DNA of 37,033 nucleotides from a virus. The DNA lies in IMG/VR virus record IMGVR_UViG_3300045988_059541, positions 1 to 37,033 of that record, one strand, 5' to 3'. Made by a program: the position numbers and the translations under genes. Shown here in pieces: positions 9,245 through 18,128 of this stretch (positions are counted from its first letter, which is position 1; each line of letters starts with the position of its first letter). The notes below the pieces were generated by a model. It did no database searches. It saw only the letters and a program-made list of their open reading frames with translations, and had not been told where the DNA came from.

Positions 9245-10030
9245 TCTGCATCACCGCCTTTCTTTTTCTTAATGCTTCATTATGTCTTCTACTGAAGGCA
9301 ATACGAGAAGATCTAGCGCTTGCGACCTCTTTTCTTTCCTTCTCTTTTTCAAACTCTTTCCTATCCTCTTCAAAAAGTGAAGGATAGAAGTCCCACAATT
9401 GTGTAGGAGTGAATGAATCATCCTTGCCATTAAGGACAGCAGAAATACAATCCCTTATCTGAAGGGCCTGTATCTGAAGAGATATCGCTTCCTGTCGCAC
9501 CATTTCTTTTTTCTTTCTTTCATGCGCTGAAATAATATCGTATAGCTCATCTAACGAATAATTCCAAAATGAAAAGGGGTCTACTCCAGCATCAAGCGCT
9601 GGATCATAGACCGCCTTGTATATGTAATCTGTAATCAGGATATCTTCTAGAGATTCTTCTTGGCTTCCGCCATTTCCTTTTCCATTTTCGTTTCGAGAGC
9701 CCCAGAGAAAAAACCCGATACCTGAAACAATGGAACAAGAACATCACTAAGGAACTCTGTCTGTGAGCCACCTTCATCGATGTATCTATCAAACATGTCA
9801 TTCACATCGCTTCTGTCGATGTTACTGTTGAATTTCTGAAGACCACCATGAACGATGTCCAGCATAGTGCATAATGGTGTCATGCCTGTTTCTGTATTGA
9901 GAAGGTTGATAAGACTTCCACCATACATCTGTTCTAGTCTTGAGATTTCTCCTGTTGTAAGTTTCAATTTATATTCTTCTTCCCCAATCTTCCAAATGAT
10001 GAAGGGTTTTCTTTTTGCTTTTACTTCCAT
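9165..10030 (-). CDS. Tail assembly chaperone G-T fusion made by a programmed -1 frameshift
   Basis: I translated the -1 frame by hand. It is open from the slip site (9716) through the track ORF 9165..9503 with no stop, giving a predicted fusion of ~288 aa. Confidence 0.6.
9647..10030 (-). CDS. Tail assembly chaperone (gpG-like)
   Basis: 127 aa between the major tail protein and the TMP. It contains the slippery heptamer near its 3' end. Confidence 0.7.
   Translation of the reverse strand: MEVKAKRKPFIIWKIGEEEYKLKLTTGEISRLEQMYGGSLINLLNTETGMTPLCTMLDIVHGGLQKFNSNIDRSDVNDMFDRYIDEGGSQTEFLSDVLVPLFQVSGFFSGALETKMEKEMAEAKKNL
9710..9716 (-). promoter_or_regulatory. -1 ribosomal frameshift slippery heptamer G_GGT_TTT (followed by TTC)
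   Basis: The minus strand reads TCG GGT TTT TTC in the G frame. This matches the X_XXY_YYZ pattern, and the shift direction matches the downstream open frame. Confidence 0.6.
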
Positions 10031-10048
10031 TTATCTATATCTTCCTTT

Positions 10049-10474
10049 CTATGCTGCTACTTCTGTTGGATCAGTAACAGTGAGTTCAGATTGTAATGCG
10101 ATTGAAATTGTGAATTCAATAGCATCATTAACACCACCACCCGCTCTCTTAACAGTAACCTGTCCTGAGAATGTAGTTGCAGTGCCGTCCTTCAATGTTT
10201 CCTTGAACATTGCGGTAGCTCCTGATTTTTCTAGTTCTCTCATTAATCTGTACGAAGATGTTTCTTTACTGTTGTCATACTTGAATGTATATTCAAGGTC
10301 TCCAGGGTCTCCGATACCAAACTCATAGACCTTAACTGCATCATCAAGTGAAGAGTTTTCAACTTTTTCTTTTTCAATACCCATGTCAGGAATCTTCTTC
10401 AACCCTGGAAGGTCAGTAAAAGAAGTTCCCTTGTTTGTCTTGTCATATGATAATTTAGCGCCATTTGCTAGCAT
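10049..10474 (-). CDS. Major tail protein (TP901-1/phi13-like small major tail family)
   Basis: 141 aa, directly upstream of the chaperones. The N-terminal pattern (KLSYDKTNKGTSFTDLPGLKKIPDMG) is typical of this family. Confidence 0.7.
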   Translation of the reverse strand: MLANGAKLSYDKTNKGTSFTDLPGLKKIPDMGIEKEKVENSSLDDAVKVYEFGIGDPGDLEYTFKYDNSKETSSYRLMRELEKSGATAMFKETLKDGTATTFSGQVTVKRAGGGVNDAIEFTISIALQSELTVTDPTEVAA

Positions 10475-10495
10475 TATATAATTCCTCCTTATCAG

Positions 10496-10849
10496 TTACA
10501 TACCATGATAGATGTAATCACTATCATAATATGCTTCATAATTCATTTTCTTGTGTCTAAGTCCTGATGCATCATCAATATCTCTGCATGATACTCTCTT
10601 TAGCCCCATTGCTGATAATGCCTTATCAACTTTCAAGGCTGTACCTGACGTACTCTTAGTATCCCAGATTTCGATTCTGTAAAGGACATGTGATATCTGC
10701 TCCTTATCATCCGTCCATTCCGATACGCTATTATCTTCCTCAACGTACTGAACCGCTGGAAGATTAGCCCAATCCTTAGGATAGATATCAGTGACTTCAA
10801 GGCCTTCATCTGTTAGAGCCTTATATACTTTATCTTTAATGTTGATCAT
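10496..10849 (-). CDS. Tail completion / tail terminator-like protein
   Basis: 117 aa, called from its position between the gp10-like protein and the major tail protein. Confidence 0.45.
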   Translation of the reverse strand: MINIKDKVYKALTDEGLEVTDIYPKDWANLPAVQYVEEDNSVSEWTDDKEQISHVLYRIEIWDTKSTSGTALKVDKALSAMGLKRVSCRDIDDASGLRHKKMNYEAYYDSDYIYHGM

Positions 10850-10855
10850 AAGTTC

Positions 10856-11359
10856 CTAATCCTTTTCGATTAACTGGCTGATTACAATACCAGCCTCTTT
10901 TACTGCTTTCTTTTCAGTCTTTTTTGCTCCCTGATACATGAATGGCTGTGCAGCCTGTCCGTCCGACCTGTAATATCTCTTACCATCAACCTCAATGACT
11001 ACCCAATGGTAATGTTTTATCGCGCTGTCTGATAGCTTATCTTCCGGAATCCACCAAGTCTCCATAGTGTAAGATGGATTTGCGTATGGAGATATTCCAG
11101 AATGGTCTGCAGCACCTTTTCGACCTGTTCCGAATTCGACATATTGAGCATATGCCTTATTTGTATAAACATATCCCTTGTCGCCTTCAACACGTGTCTT
11201 GATTGAGTTTCTTAATGCACCATCATTAACAGGGCATTCAAGAACGCAACCACTTCTGATTGTTTCCGCAGCCTTTCCGAGAACCTGTTCAGGATTCTCA
11301 AGAACTGCATCTATAGCACGAAGCTTTCTAAATAATTCATTAGCACCGTTGAGACTCAT
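10856..11359 (-). CDS. HK97 gp10-family head-tail joining protein
   Basis: Motifs GALRNSI and YAQYVEFGTG are characteristic of the HK97-gp10 family. Confidence 0.65.
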   Translation of the reverse strand: MSLNGANELFRKLRAIDAVLENPEQVLGKAAETIRSGCVLECPVNDGALRNSIKTRVEGDKGYVYTNKAYAQYVEFGTGRKGAADHSGISPYANPSYTMETWWIPEDKLSDSAIKHYHWVVIEVDGKRYYRSDGQAAQPFMYQGAKKTEKKAVKEAGIVISQLIEKD

Positions 11360-11691
11360 TTAATAATCTTCTCCAGTTCATAGAGATAGTGCCTGTTATA
11401 CTCCTTCATGCTGATGATTCTGTAATCCGGTTCATCAATTGACTGATTATAGACATTCACACCCCACTTTTCAGTGGGTCTGAAATCATCATCCTTATTC
11501 TTAGGAAGAATCATATTTAGAATGTAGTTCAGTCTCTCGCCATACATTTCAGCCTGTAACTTACCGGATGCAGGCCATATCTCAAGAAGCATTGATTTTC
11601 TCTTGATCCACTTTTCAGTAGTGACACCTTCACCATCTTTTTCGATGACAGGCTCATATACAGGATAGTTCTTAAGCGCTGAAAGTCTCAT
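11356..11691 (-). CDS. Head closure / head-tail adaptor protein
   Basis: 111 aa, overlapping both neighbours, at the position of SPP1 gp16-like proteins. Confidence 0.5.
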   Translation of the reverse strand: MRLSALKNYPVYEPVIEKDGEGVTTEKWIKRKSMLLEIWPASGKLQAEMYGERLNYILNMILPKNKDDDFRPTEKWGVNVYNQSIDEPDYRIISMKEYNRHYLYELEKIIK

Positions 11692-12011
11692 TGGTTCCCC
11701 TCCGGCTTCTTTTCGTGAACGATTCCTCCTGCACGAATCAGTCTCAGGTTGTTGAGAGTTGAGAGAATATCTTCATAAGTGGAAGACTGAAAAGTAGATG
11801 TGATGCCACCTTCTGAATGTGATGATTCTCCGACCATGCCCTCTCTGAAGTACATGGCACATGCTAGATCAGCCACACAGAAATCCATTGCAGTGATGTA
11901 TACAGTGCGGTTTGTATGTGCAAGAGCACGCTGTTTTGCCATTTCAACATAGATTTTTGCACGCCCCTGACTCGTTCCTGTTCTTTCAGCAACAATCTCA
12001 ACTAGATCCAT
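11688..12011 (-). CDS. Head-tail connector (gp6/gp15-like DNA packaging) protein
   Basis: 107 aa, the first connector-size gene after the capsid block. Confidence 0.45.
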   Translation of the reverse strand: MDLVEIVAERTGTSQGRAKIYVEMAKQRALAHTNRTVYITAMDFCVADLACAMYFREGMVGESSHSEGGITSTFQSSTYEDILSTLNNLRLIRAGGIVHEKKPEGNQ

Positions 12012-12014
12012 AGA

Positions 12015-12275
12015 TTACTCCTCCTGCATCTTAGTGAGAACTGCGACCAATTCCTTTTTAACAAGACTAGAATATCCGCTAACGCCCTTTTCCTTTGCAA
12101 TAGTCTTTAACTGGTCAACAGTCATATCGTTGAGGTCCGTCACTTCATTGTTTTCTACAGGAGTATCTTCGTCATTCTTCTTGTCTTCAATGATACGATA
12201 TCCCTGTTCGGTATAACGCTGAAGGTCATCCTCATGGATGACTCTTTCAACGTTGATTCTTTTTACAATGATCAT
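12015..12275 (-). CDS. Small protein with a Rho_N/SAP-like helix-extended-helix motif
   Basis: The C-terminal MTVDQLKTIAKEKGVSGYSSLVKKELVAVL matches the Rho termination factor N-terminal (HeH) pattern. It lies directly after the major capsid gene. Confidence 0.5.
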   Translation of the reverse strand: MIIVKRINVERVIHEDDLQRYTEQGYRIIEDKKNDEDTPVENNEVTDLNDMTVDQLKTIAKEKGVSGYSSLVKKELVAVLTKMQEE

Positions 12276-13192
12276 TATGCATCAGCTGAGACGTTAGCAA
12301 TGATTAGGTCAAGCATGTTGTCCTTTTCCCAGCAGTCATGATATCTTCTATAGTCAATCTGCCAAGCATTCGCATCCTGATTAGTATCAGGGTCAAATAC
12401 TCTTGTCTTGTCCTGTTTAGTAACACCGATAACACTATTAATTGGCGCCATTAAGAAGTTTACATCCTTAGCAGTTTCACCTTTTGTATATCCACCTTTG
12501 TCTTTTGTTGCTCCAGCATCAACCTTGATAGCTGAATACATTCTGTTCTTTGGTGTAGGAATGAATGTGATTTCATCAAGCTTATAGATATCTAATGTGA
12601 TATTTCCAATAGTTAATTTACCTGATGTAAGGTTGCTGTTTACCATCTTTTCCTTTAATAATCTTAAAGTATCATATGTAATATGACAGATGATATCGCC
12701 CTGATATCCTTTATCACGGATAGTATCCGCTGCCTTTTCTAATTCAGAAAGAATATTCTGTTCAGTCAATGCAGTTGTTAGGATGTTTGCTGATTTCTTT
12801 GCTGTAACATCAGAAACAACCTTAGAAATACGGTAAGCATCGACTTCAGGGGCAACATGTAAACGCTGGAATTCTCCCATGACAGTGCCAGCAGATGCAA
12901 CGAAATTGGTTTCGTTCACATCCATTGCATCAAGAAGGAACTTTCTTCCACGGTCCTGTGTCATTTTGAATGTTTCATATTCAAGAGTGACAGCACCCTG
13001 TTTATATCCTTCATCTCTGTTATAGTCTCCTAAGCCAACTAATGACATCTTAGGGATTTTTACCTCTGCACCACCGTCATACTTAATCTGTCCGGCATTG
13101 GCATCCATCCATGATGTAAGAGTGAGATGCTCCATCTGTTTATCTAATTCAGTCTGAAAAATAGTTGAATACTGTAATGTGTTAATTGCCAT
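12275..13192 (-). CDS. Major capsid protein
   Basis: 305 aa, following the scaffold gene. It has a strong RBS and the size and position of an HK97-fold capsid protein. Confidence 0.8.
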   Translation of the reverse strand: MAINTLQYSTIFQTELDKQMEHLTLTSWMDANAGQIKYDGGAEVKIPKMSLVGLGDYNRDEGYKQGAVTLEYETFKMTQDRGRKFLLDAMDVNETNFVASAGTVMGEFQRLHVAPEVDAYRISKVVSDVTAKKSANILTTALTEQNILSELEKAADTIRDKGYQGDIICHITYDTLRLLKEKMVNSNLTSGKLTIGNITLDIYKLDEITFIPTPKNRMYSAIKVDAGATKDKGGYTKGETAKDVNFLMAPINSVIGVTKQDKTRVFDPDTNQDANAWQIDYRRYHDCWEKDNMLDLIIANVSADA

Positions 13193-13208
13193 GTTCTATA
13201 CCTCTTTT

Positions 13209-13796
13209 CTAAAATTTAAGTGCATTCGCGAATGCCTTTCTTGCATTCTCTTCTTCAGCAGTCAATACATTGTTTTTTGCCTTGTCTAAAGGTGCTTTCC
13301 CTTTTAATCGTTCATCAACAGACTGCTGAACTGCTCCCTTGAATGCTTTAGAGAGTCTTTTGACAGATTCATTTACGGAATCAGCATCAGTGTAGTCAAT
13401 GAAATCAGCCATGTCTGCTGGAACTCCTGCAGCATTAAGCTGTTCCTTGGCAACTGCAGTCAGTTCTCTACGAGTAATTGCTGCTTCTCTATTGTCAAGT
13501 TCTTCTTTTCTCTTGTCTTCCTCATACTGCTTCTTTTCATCATCTGTCATCTTTTGAAGCCTTTCGGCTTCCGTATGATCCTTATCCCACTTCTTTCTTG
13601 CTCGGGCAAGTCTCTTCTGGACGATTCTGTCCACATCGTCTTCTGTGAGGGTTGTTACTTTGCCTTTATCTTCTTCCGGTTCACCTGACTGCGCATTATC
13701 GGGATTCCCTTCATCGCCTTTATCTTCTTCCCCCTCTTCCCCTTCTTCCGCAAAAAGCTGAAGGTTCAAAGGCATCATATTCTTAATGTATTCCAT
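13209..13796 (-). CDS. Capsid scaffolding protein (DUF4355-like)
   Basis: N-terminal LNLQLFAEE motif, a highly charged coiled-coil composition, and a position just upstream of the capsid gene. Confidence 0.75.
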   Translation of the reverse strand: MEYIKNMMPLNLQLFAEEGEEGEEDKGDEGNPDNAQSGEPEEDKGKVTTLTEDDVDRIVQKRLARARKKWDKDHTEAERLQKMTDDEKKQYEEDKRKEELDNREAAITRRELTAVAKEQLNAAGVPADMADFIDYTDADSVNESVKRLSKAFKGAVQQSVDERLKGKAPLDKAKNNVLTAEEENARKAFANALKF

Positions 13797-13894
13797 AACT
13801 TAATTCCTCCGTTTATAGTCCGTATGACTGTTATATCCATGCACCTTTTAATGTCATATGCACGTTATGGACAGACAGAAAAAAAAGAAGAACA

Positions 13895-14113
13895 TCAATC
13901 GCTCTTCTGTCTGCTTCTGTATTTCATCAATGCTTTAGGTTTTCTTTCCTTGGGAGGCGGACAGTACTCTTCATATGTCTCGTGTGAGAGTTTTCCGCAT
14001 ATCATACACATATATGTCACCTTCTTAACAATGACGTGCCTACGGCTGTCAAAATGATTTTTACAGTCATACTCAAAGTACTGATGATGATGTGGTTTCA
14101 ATCCTTCAGCCAT
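13895..14113 (-). CDS. Small Cys/His-rich (zinc-ribbon-like) protein
   Basis: 72 aa with CKNH...CMICGK...YC and a good RBS (AAAGGAGAA). Confidence 0.4.
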   Translation of the reverse strand: MAEGLKPHHHQYFEYDCKNHFDSRRHVIVKKVTYMCMICGKLSHETYEEYCPPPKERKPKALMKYRSRQKSD

Positions 14114-14140
14114 ATGGTTCTCCTTTCTTGAAATTGGGCA

Positions 14141-14165
14141 AAATAAAAACCGACTAGATAGTCGG
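14141..14165 (-). terminator. Putative intrinsic terminator (minus orientation)
   Basis: The minus strand reads CCGACT-atct-AGTCGG followed by TTTTTATTTT, immediately after the stop of the 14167..14508 gene. Confidence 0.45.
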
Positions 14166-14166
14166 C

Positions 14167-14508
14167 TTATACGAACGGTAATATGTCTTTCAAGTCTTTC
14201 ATAAATCGCTTGGCTTTTTCAATAGTTGAATTATCAGTAAGGTATTCTATGCCTTTTGGTGTAATCTCACATTTATCAAGGTTGTATATATCTATGTTTT
14301 CATCTATATCCTGGTCAATTACTATCCCACTGATATATCCATCATTCAACAGATTCACAATGACATAAGTCCAGTACTTTCTGTTGATCTGCAGATATTT
14401 ACTGTCATGTCTTATGAGTGATGCATCAATATCCTTCCCTTGCTTTAGCTGCATATACAGGTAGGATAGAATCTGATAAACAATTACATGATAATCATCT
14501 CTTGCCAT
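14167..14508 (-). CDS. YjcQ-like winged-helix protein
   Basis: 113 aa. The N-terminal YQILSYLY and C-terminal ITPKGIEYLTDNS...KAK pattern resembles the YjcQ family of the B. subtilis skin element. Confidence 0.45.
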   Translation of the reverse strand: MARDDYHVIVYQILSYLYMQLKQGKDIDASLIRHDSKYLQINRKYWTYVIVNLLNDGYISGIVIDQDIDENIDIYNLDKCEITPKGIEYLTDNSTIEKAKRFMKDLKDILPFV

Positions 14509-14514
14509 ATTTCA

Positions 14515-14874
14515 TTATTCCTTTTTATTCATTTCGTCTCTAAAGGCATCTTCATAATCAAGTTTGCCTGAATTAAGTACAAAATCTCTATCACGCTTCA
14601 TTTCATCCAATTCTTCCTGTGTTTCAACGTGCACCCCTACAACAATCCTGTCTATGTTCTCATAAGTATGATAAAACATATAGTTTACTCCATCGTTAAG
14701 TGTAGGATATAATTCTGCTTCTATAGTTGCTAAAGCTAATGAAACACGCAAAGCAAACATCGGGTCACCTTGAAAAGAAGGCCCTAAGTCATCAAGATGG
14801 AACATCCCTCGTGATTGATCCCCGGTTTCATAATCCGTCCTAAAGTCATGTTTAAAATCAGAATATTCGCTCAT
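14515..14874 (-). CDS. Acidic 119-aa protein, candidate immunity partner of the MuF C-terminal domain
   Basis: Its ATG overlaps the MuF stop (ATGA at 14871-14874), which suggests translational coupling. No family was recognised. Confidence 0.35.
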   Translation of the reverse strand: MSEYSDFKHDFRTDYETGDQSRGMFHLDDLGPSFQGDPMFALRVSLALATIEAELYPTLNDGVNYMFYHTYENIDRIVVGVHVETQEELDEMKRDRDFVLNSGKLDYEDAFRDEMNKKE

Positions 14875-16661
14875 TTTTTCACCCTCTTTTTAATATTGTT
14901 TAATGCATTGGTTTTGTAATTTCTATAATCCCATAATTTGTTATTTTTCCCAGATACAACATTTATTTTGATGTTTGCATCTATAACTTCTTTCTTGTTT
15001 ACAAGTTCATTATAAACTGAATCACAGCTAAAACACATGCTTTTTTGAGATAAGATGAAAATTTCTTGATTTTTTAATTCTCCTTTTAAAATTTTGTCAT
15101 AAATATATTCAAAAAACTTATATTCTGTATCGACATCTCTAGAATATTCGCCCTCGTGTCCCTTATATGGAACTGTTTTTAAATGAGGCGTCAATCTGGC
15201 ATTATCAGGCGATAAAATTAATTTTGATTTTTCTCCTTTATAATTCAAATAATTAGAGTCAGATACTTTTGAAATTTGGCTTGAAGCAATATATATATCA
15301 TCACCAATTTTCATTGAAGCAACATTTCCTCTTCCTGCTTTGGTTGTCATATATTCGTCTTTTGCAGTAAGGGCTTCTTTATCTAGTTCTAGAATCGTTT
15401 CAGCATCGACTTTACCATAGTCTGTTTTATAACGATTCACTGTCCTGAATTTATACTTTAAATCATTCCACTGGCTCTTATTGCCATATTTTACTTCCTG
15501 AAACTTTTCTAATGAACCAGGAACTAACTTGCTTCCAAGAACATTGCAGTAATTTTGGTACTGAATCTTATCTCTAGAATAATTCTTAGCTGACTTCTCA
15601 GCAGTGTTGATTGCTTCAGCACCATGCTTTTCAACCATTCTCTGATACCACTCTTTATAAGTCTCATCTGCTGGAACTTTTATTTTTTTACCTGTAACAG
15701 GGTCTCTAGCAAATCTTTCTAGATTATGCATAGTTTCATCGTCAAGATTCATAATAGTCGTAGAACGACACCATGGGTGCATCGGAGGGGCGTTTACACC
15801 TATCTTCTTATCATTAACCCTGTATACACTTCCGTCCCTCTCACGGCAAATTTGGGACGTTCTAAGGTCTAGTGTTGCAACAAATCTATACTCCTCTATG
15901 CCGTAATCCCTGTAAGCCTGGAAGTGCGCTTCATTGTGAATGTATGATGATTCAGTTCTTACAAGTCTTCTAGCATTGTTTCTACCAGAAAGGAACTGTT
16001 CGTTGATTGAGTCGGTCATTTCCTTCTCTGTCTTTCCTGTAAGTGCTCCTATCATGAACTCCTCTTTTAGTGCATCGGCCACCTTCTGAGTATTGTTCCA
16101 TACTCTTTCGGAATAGTTCTGACCTGACCACTTCTTTTTCAGAATGGTTTCAAGAGCGCCTTCATCAATGGGACCTGTCTGAAGATCTAGGCCACTCATT
16201 CTTGCAGCTTCATATACTGCATGGTGATAACTGCTTTCATAGACCTGTCGCATTGTCTTCCCTATGGCATCTCTTTCTTTTGATGCAACCGCATTGATTA
16301 GCCTGTTTATTGACTTATCAATATCGTCAAGCCTCTTCATACGGTTCTTGTATGCTGGGGCTTCCAATTCTGCTAGCACCTCTCTTTTTTGGGCACCTGT
16401 CTTATTCTTGTATGCTTCAAGCAGTTTTTCGAAATTTCTGCTGTCAGCCTCTGAAAGAAGATTAATAGCCTCGTCTCTTGTTAGATGATGCTTTGAAGCG
16501 AATCTATTGAATATTCCCTCAATCTGCTTGGCAGTGTAGATTGCAGCCTTGCTATAGATTACGCTCAAATCTTTAGAGCAGTCCTCAGCTAACTGCATAT
16601 CCTTGTACATGTTCCTTGCTTCTCGCATCTCCCAGTACTTTATATTTTTGATGTTAGTCAT
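14871..16661 (-). CDS. Minor head protein (SPP1 gp7 / Mu F family) with an extra ~186-aa C-terminal domain (candidate MuF-type polymorphic toxin)
   Basis: MuF signature ATLDLRTSQICRERDG...NAPPMHPWCRST at aa 262-301. A conserved linker (YKEWY, DKIQYQNYCNVLG, SLEKFQEVKY) follows, then an additional domain at aa 411-596. Confidence 0.8.
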   Translation of the reverse strand: MTNIKNIKYWEMREARNMYKDMQLAEDCSKDLSVIYSKAAIYTAKQIEGIFNRFASKHHLTRDEAINLLSEADSRNFEKLLEAYKNKTGAQKREVLAELEAPAYKNRMKRLDDIDKSINRLINAVASKERDAIGKTMRQVYESSYHHAVYEAARMSGLDLQTGPIDEGALETILKKKWSGQNYSERVWNNTQKVADALKEEFMIGALTGKTEKEMTDSINEQFLSGRNNARRLVRTESSYIHNEAHFQAYRDYGIEEYRFVATLDLRTSQICRERDGSVYRVNDKKIGVNAPPMHPWCRSTTIMNLDDETMHNLERFARDPVTGKKIKVPADETYKEWYQRMVEKHGAEAINTAEKSAKNYSRDKIQYQNYCNVLGSKLVPGSLEKFQEVKYGNKSQWNDLKYKFRTVNRYKTDYGKVDAETILELDKEALTAKDEYMTTKAGRGNVASMKIGDDIYIASSQISKVSDSNYLNYKGEKSKLILSPDNARLTPHLKTVPYKGHEGEYSRDVDTEYKFFEYIYDKILKGELKNQEIFILSQKSMCFSCDSVYNELVNKKEVIDANIKINVVSGKNNKLWDYRNYKTNALNNIKKRVKK

Positions 16662-16673
16662 AACAGAACACTA

Positions 16674-18125
16674 TTATTCCTTGTCTTTGTCATCATCATT
16701 ATCATCTTCCTCATGATCATCTGTTTCTTCTTCATCTTCTGGAGGAGTATTCTGATTTTCGGTATCAAATAACTGCTTCTGTGTTTCAAGTGCTTCCTGT
16801 TTTTCTTTTTTGACTTCTTTCATTTCATCATCAACGTTTGAAACAAAGTCAAGGAGTGCAAGAAGTGTCTTAGTTGATACAACACCTTTAAGGTTCGCAA
16901 TGATCTGTGATAATTCAAGACGGTTCTGTGGGAGTCCTCTTGTAAATACAGGCTCAATCATTGACTGATCAGCAGCAATCGCCTTTAGATTGAGGTAAGT
17001 ACAGAACATTCTTATACGCTTCTTAAGCCCTTTCTTGTAATATCTTTCTTTTGTCTTGGTGAGGGTCTCAAGGGCTAGAAGCTTATATTGAATGGCAATG
17101 CCTGAACTGTTGCCAGCAAAGTTTTCATCTGTCAGATTAGGAACATGAGAAAGTGAATAGATATCTTCCTTTATTGAGCGCTTGAGTGTTTCCACAGCAT
17201 TCTCGTCAAATGTTCTAGTCAGATATTCAGAGCGTGCATCAGCAGGAAGTTCCATAACACCATTCTTACGGATAGCCTGGAGCGCTTTTGTTGCTTCTTC
17301 ATCGTCATCACCTAAAAGAGCACCATAGACAACAAGCACTGCGTCAATGAACTGCTCCTTATCGTTGATTCTGTCAGAGCATAATGTATTGTATGCATCA
17401 ATCAGAGAAATCTGCTGTTCATAGTCTCCAATGCAGTCCATGTTGTTTCTATACTCAATGATAGGGTCCTCACCTAAGAAATGTGGGTAAGGCTCACCTA
17501 GTTCTGAAAACTCGCCTTTTTCGAATTCTTCATTGCATGTGATTCCCATTCTTGTGACATAGTTCTCAGTTGTTACTGTTGCGATGATATTGAACCTGTC
17601 AGTAGAATCATCTTTTTCAATCGAATAATAAACGCTGAATAGTTCATGCTGCTCAATTGAGGCATCGAAAACCTTGAATGTTGACAATGGGTCAAGTGTC
17701 TTGGTCATCAGCTTGCTTTCATGCTCACATAAGTAAACATACTCATAAGCGACACCAGCACGTGACATATTGATAGCATTGCATGAATCTGTATCATCTG
17801 TTTCAGCATCAACGAAAGCACCTGTCAGCTTGTCAATATTGCCGTCTTCTGTATTCTTCTTGAATGTGATGGGGTTTGAAAGAAAATAGCCCGTTGCTGT
17901 ATCTGATATATCTTTAGCATGATTTACCATGATCTTATTGTTCGGCTGGTTCTTGAACTTCTTTTCCCTGTTCATGATGGCATGCTTACCAAAGTAATAG
18001 CCGACATTCTTCAATATCTCAGGAGCACGAATACTATAATGCTTACTAATGAGACGAAGTATCATGCTTCTGTCTATGTTTGTCTCGTCGAATTTTTCTC
18101 GTGGAATCGTGAAAGTATAATACAT
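16674..18125 (-). CDS. Portal protein (SPP1 gp6-like)
   Basis: 483 aa, between TerL and MuF. The N-terminal pattern NNKIMVNHAKDISDTATGYFLSNPI is typical of this family, and the C-terminal tail is acidic. Confidence 0.85.
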   Translation of the reverse strand: MYYTFTIPREKFDETNIDRSMILRLISKHYSIRAPEILKNVGYYFGKHAIMNREKKFKNQPNNKIMVNHAKDISDTATGYFLSNPITFKKNTEDGNIDKLTGAFVDAETDDTDSCNAINMSRAGVAYEYVYLCEHESKLMTKTLDPLSTFKVFDASIEQHELFSVYYSIEKDDSTDRFNIIATVTTENYVTRMGITCNEEFEKGEFSELGEPYPHFLGEDPIIEYRNNMDCIGDYEQQISLIDAYNTLCSDRINDKEQFIDAVLVVYGALLGDDDEEATKALQAIRKNGVMELPADARSEYLTRTFDENAVETLKRSIKEDIYSLSHVPNLTDENFAGNSSGIAIQYKLLALETLTKTKERYYKKGLKKRIRMFCTYLNLKAIAADQSMIEPVFTRGLPQNRLELSQIIANLKGVVSTKTLLALLDFVSNVDDEMKEVKKEKQEALETQKQLFDTENQNTPPEDEEETDDHEEDDNDDDKDKE

Positions 18126-18128
18126 CTT

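Noticed and set aside
9604-9801. 65-aa ORF in the third frame across the G / G-T junction
   Set aside because: It overlaps both the G frame and the verified -1 T frame. The basic, low-complexity translation is typical of an off-frame artefact.
13824-14057. Plus-strand 77-aa ORF between the scaffold gene and the Zn-ribbon gene
   Set aside because: It is antisense to the RBS-supported 72-aa minus-strand gene and to the scaffold leader. It has no RBS and a hydrophobic, junk-like translation.
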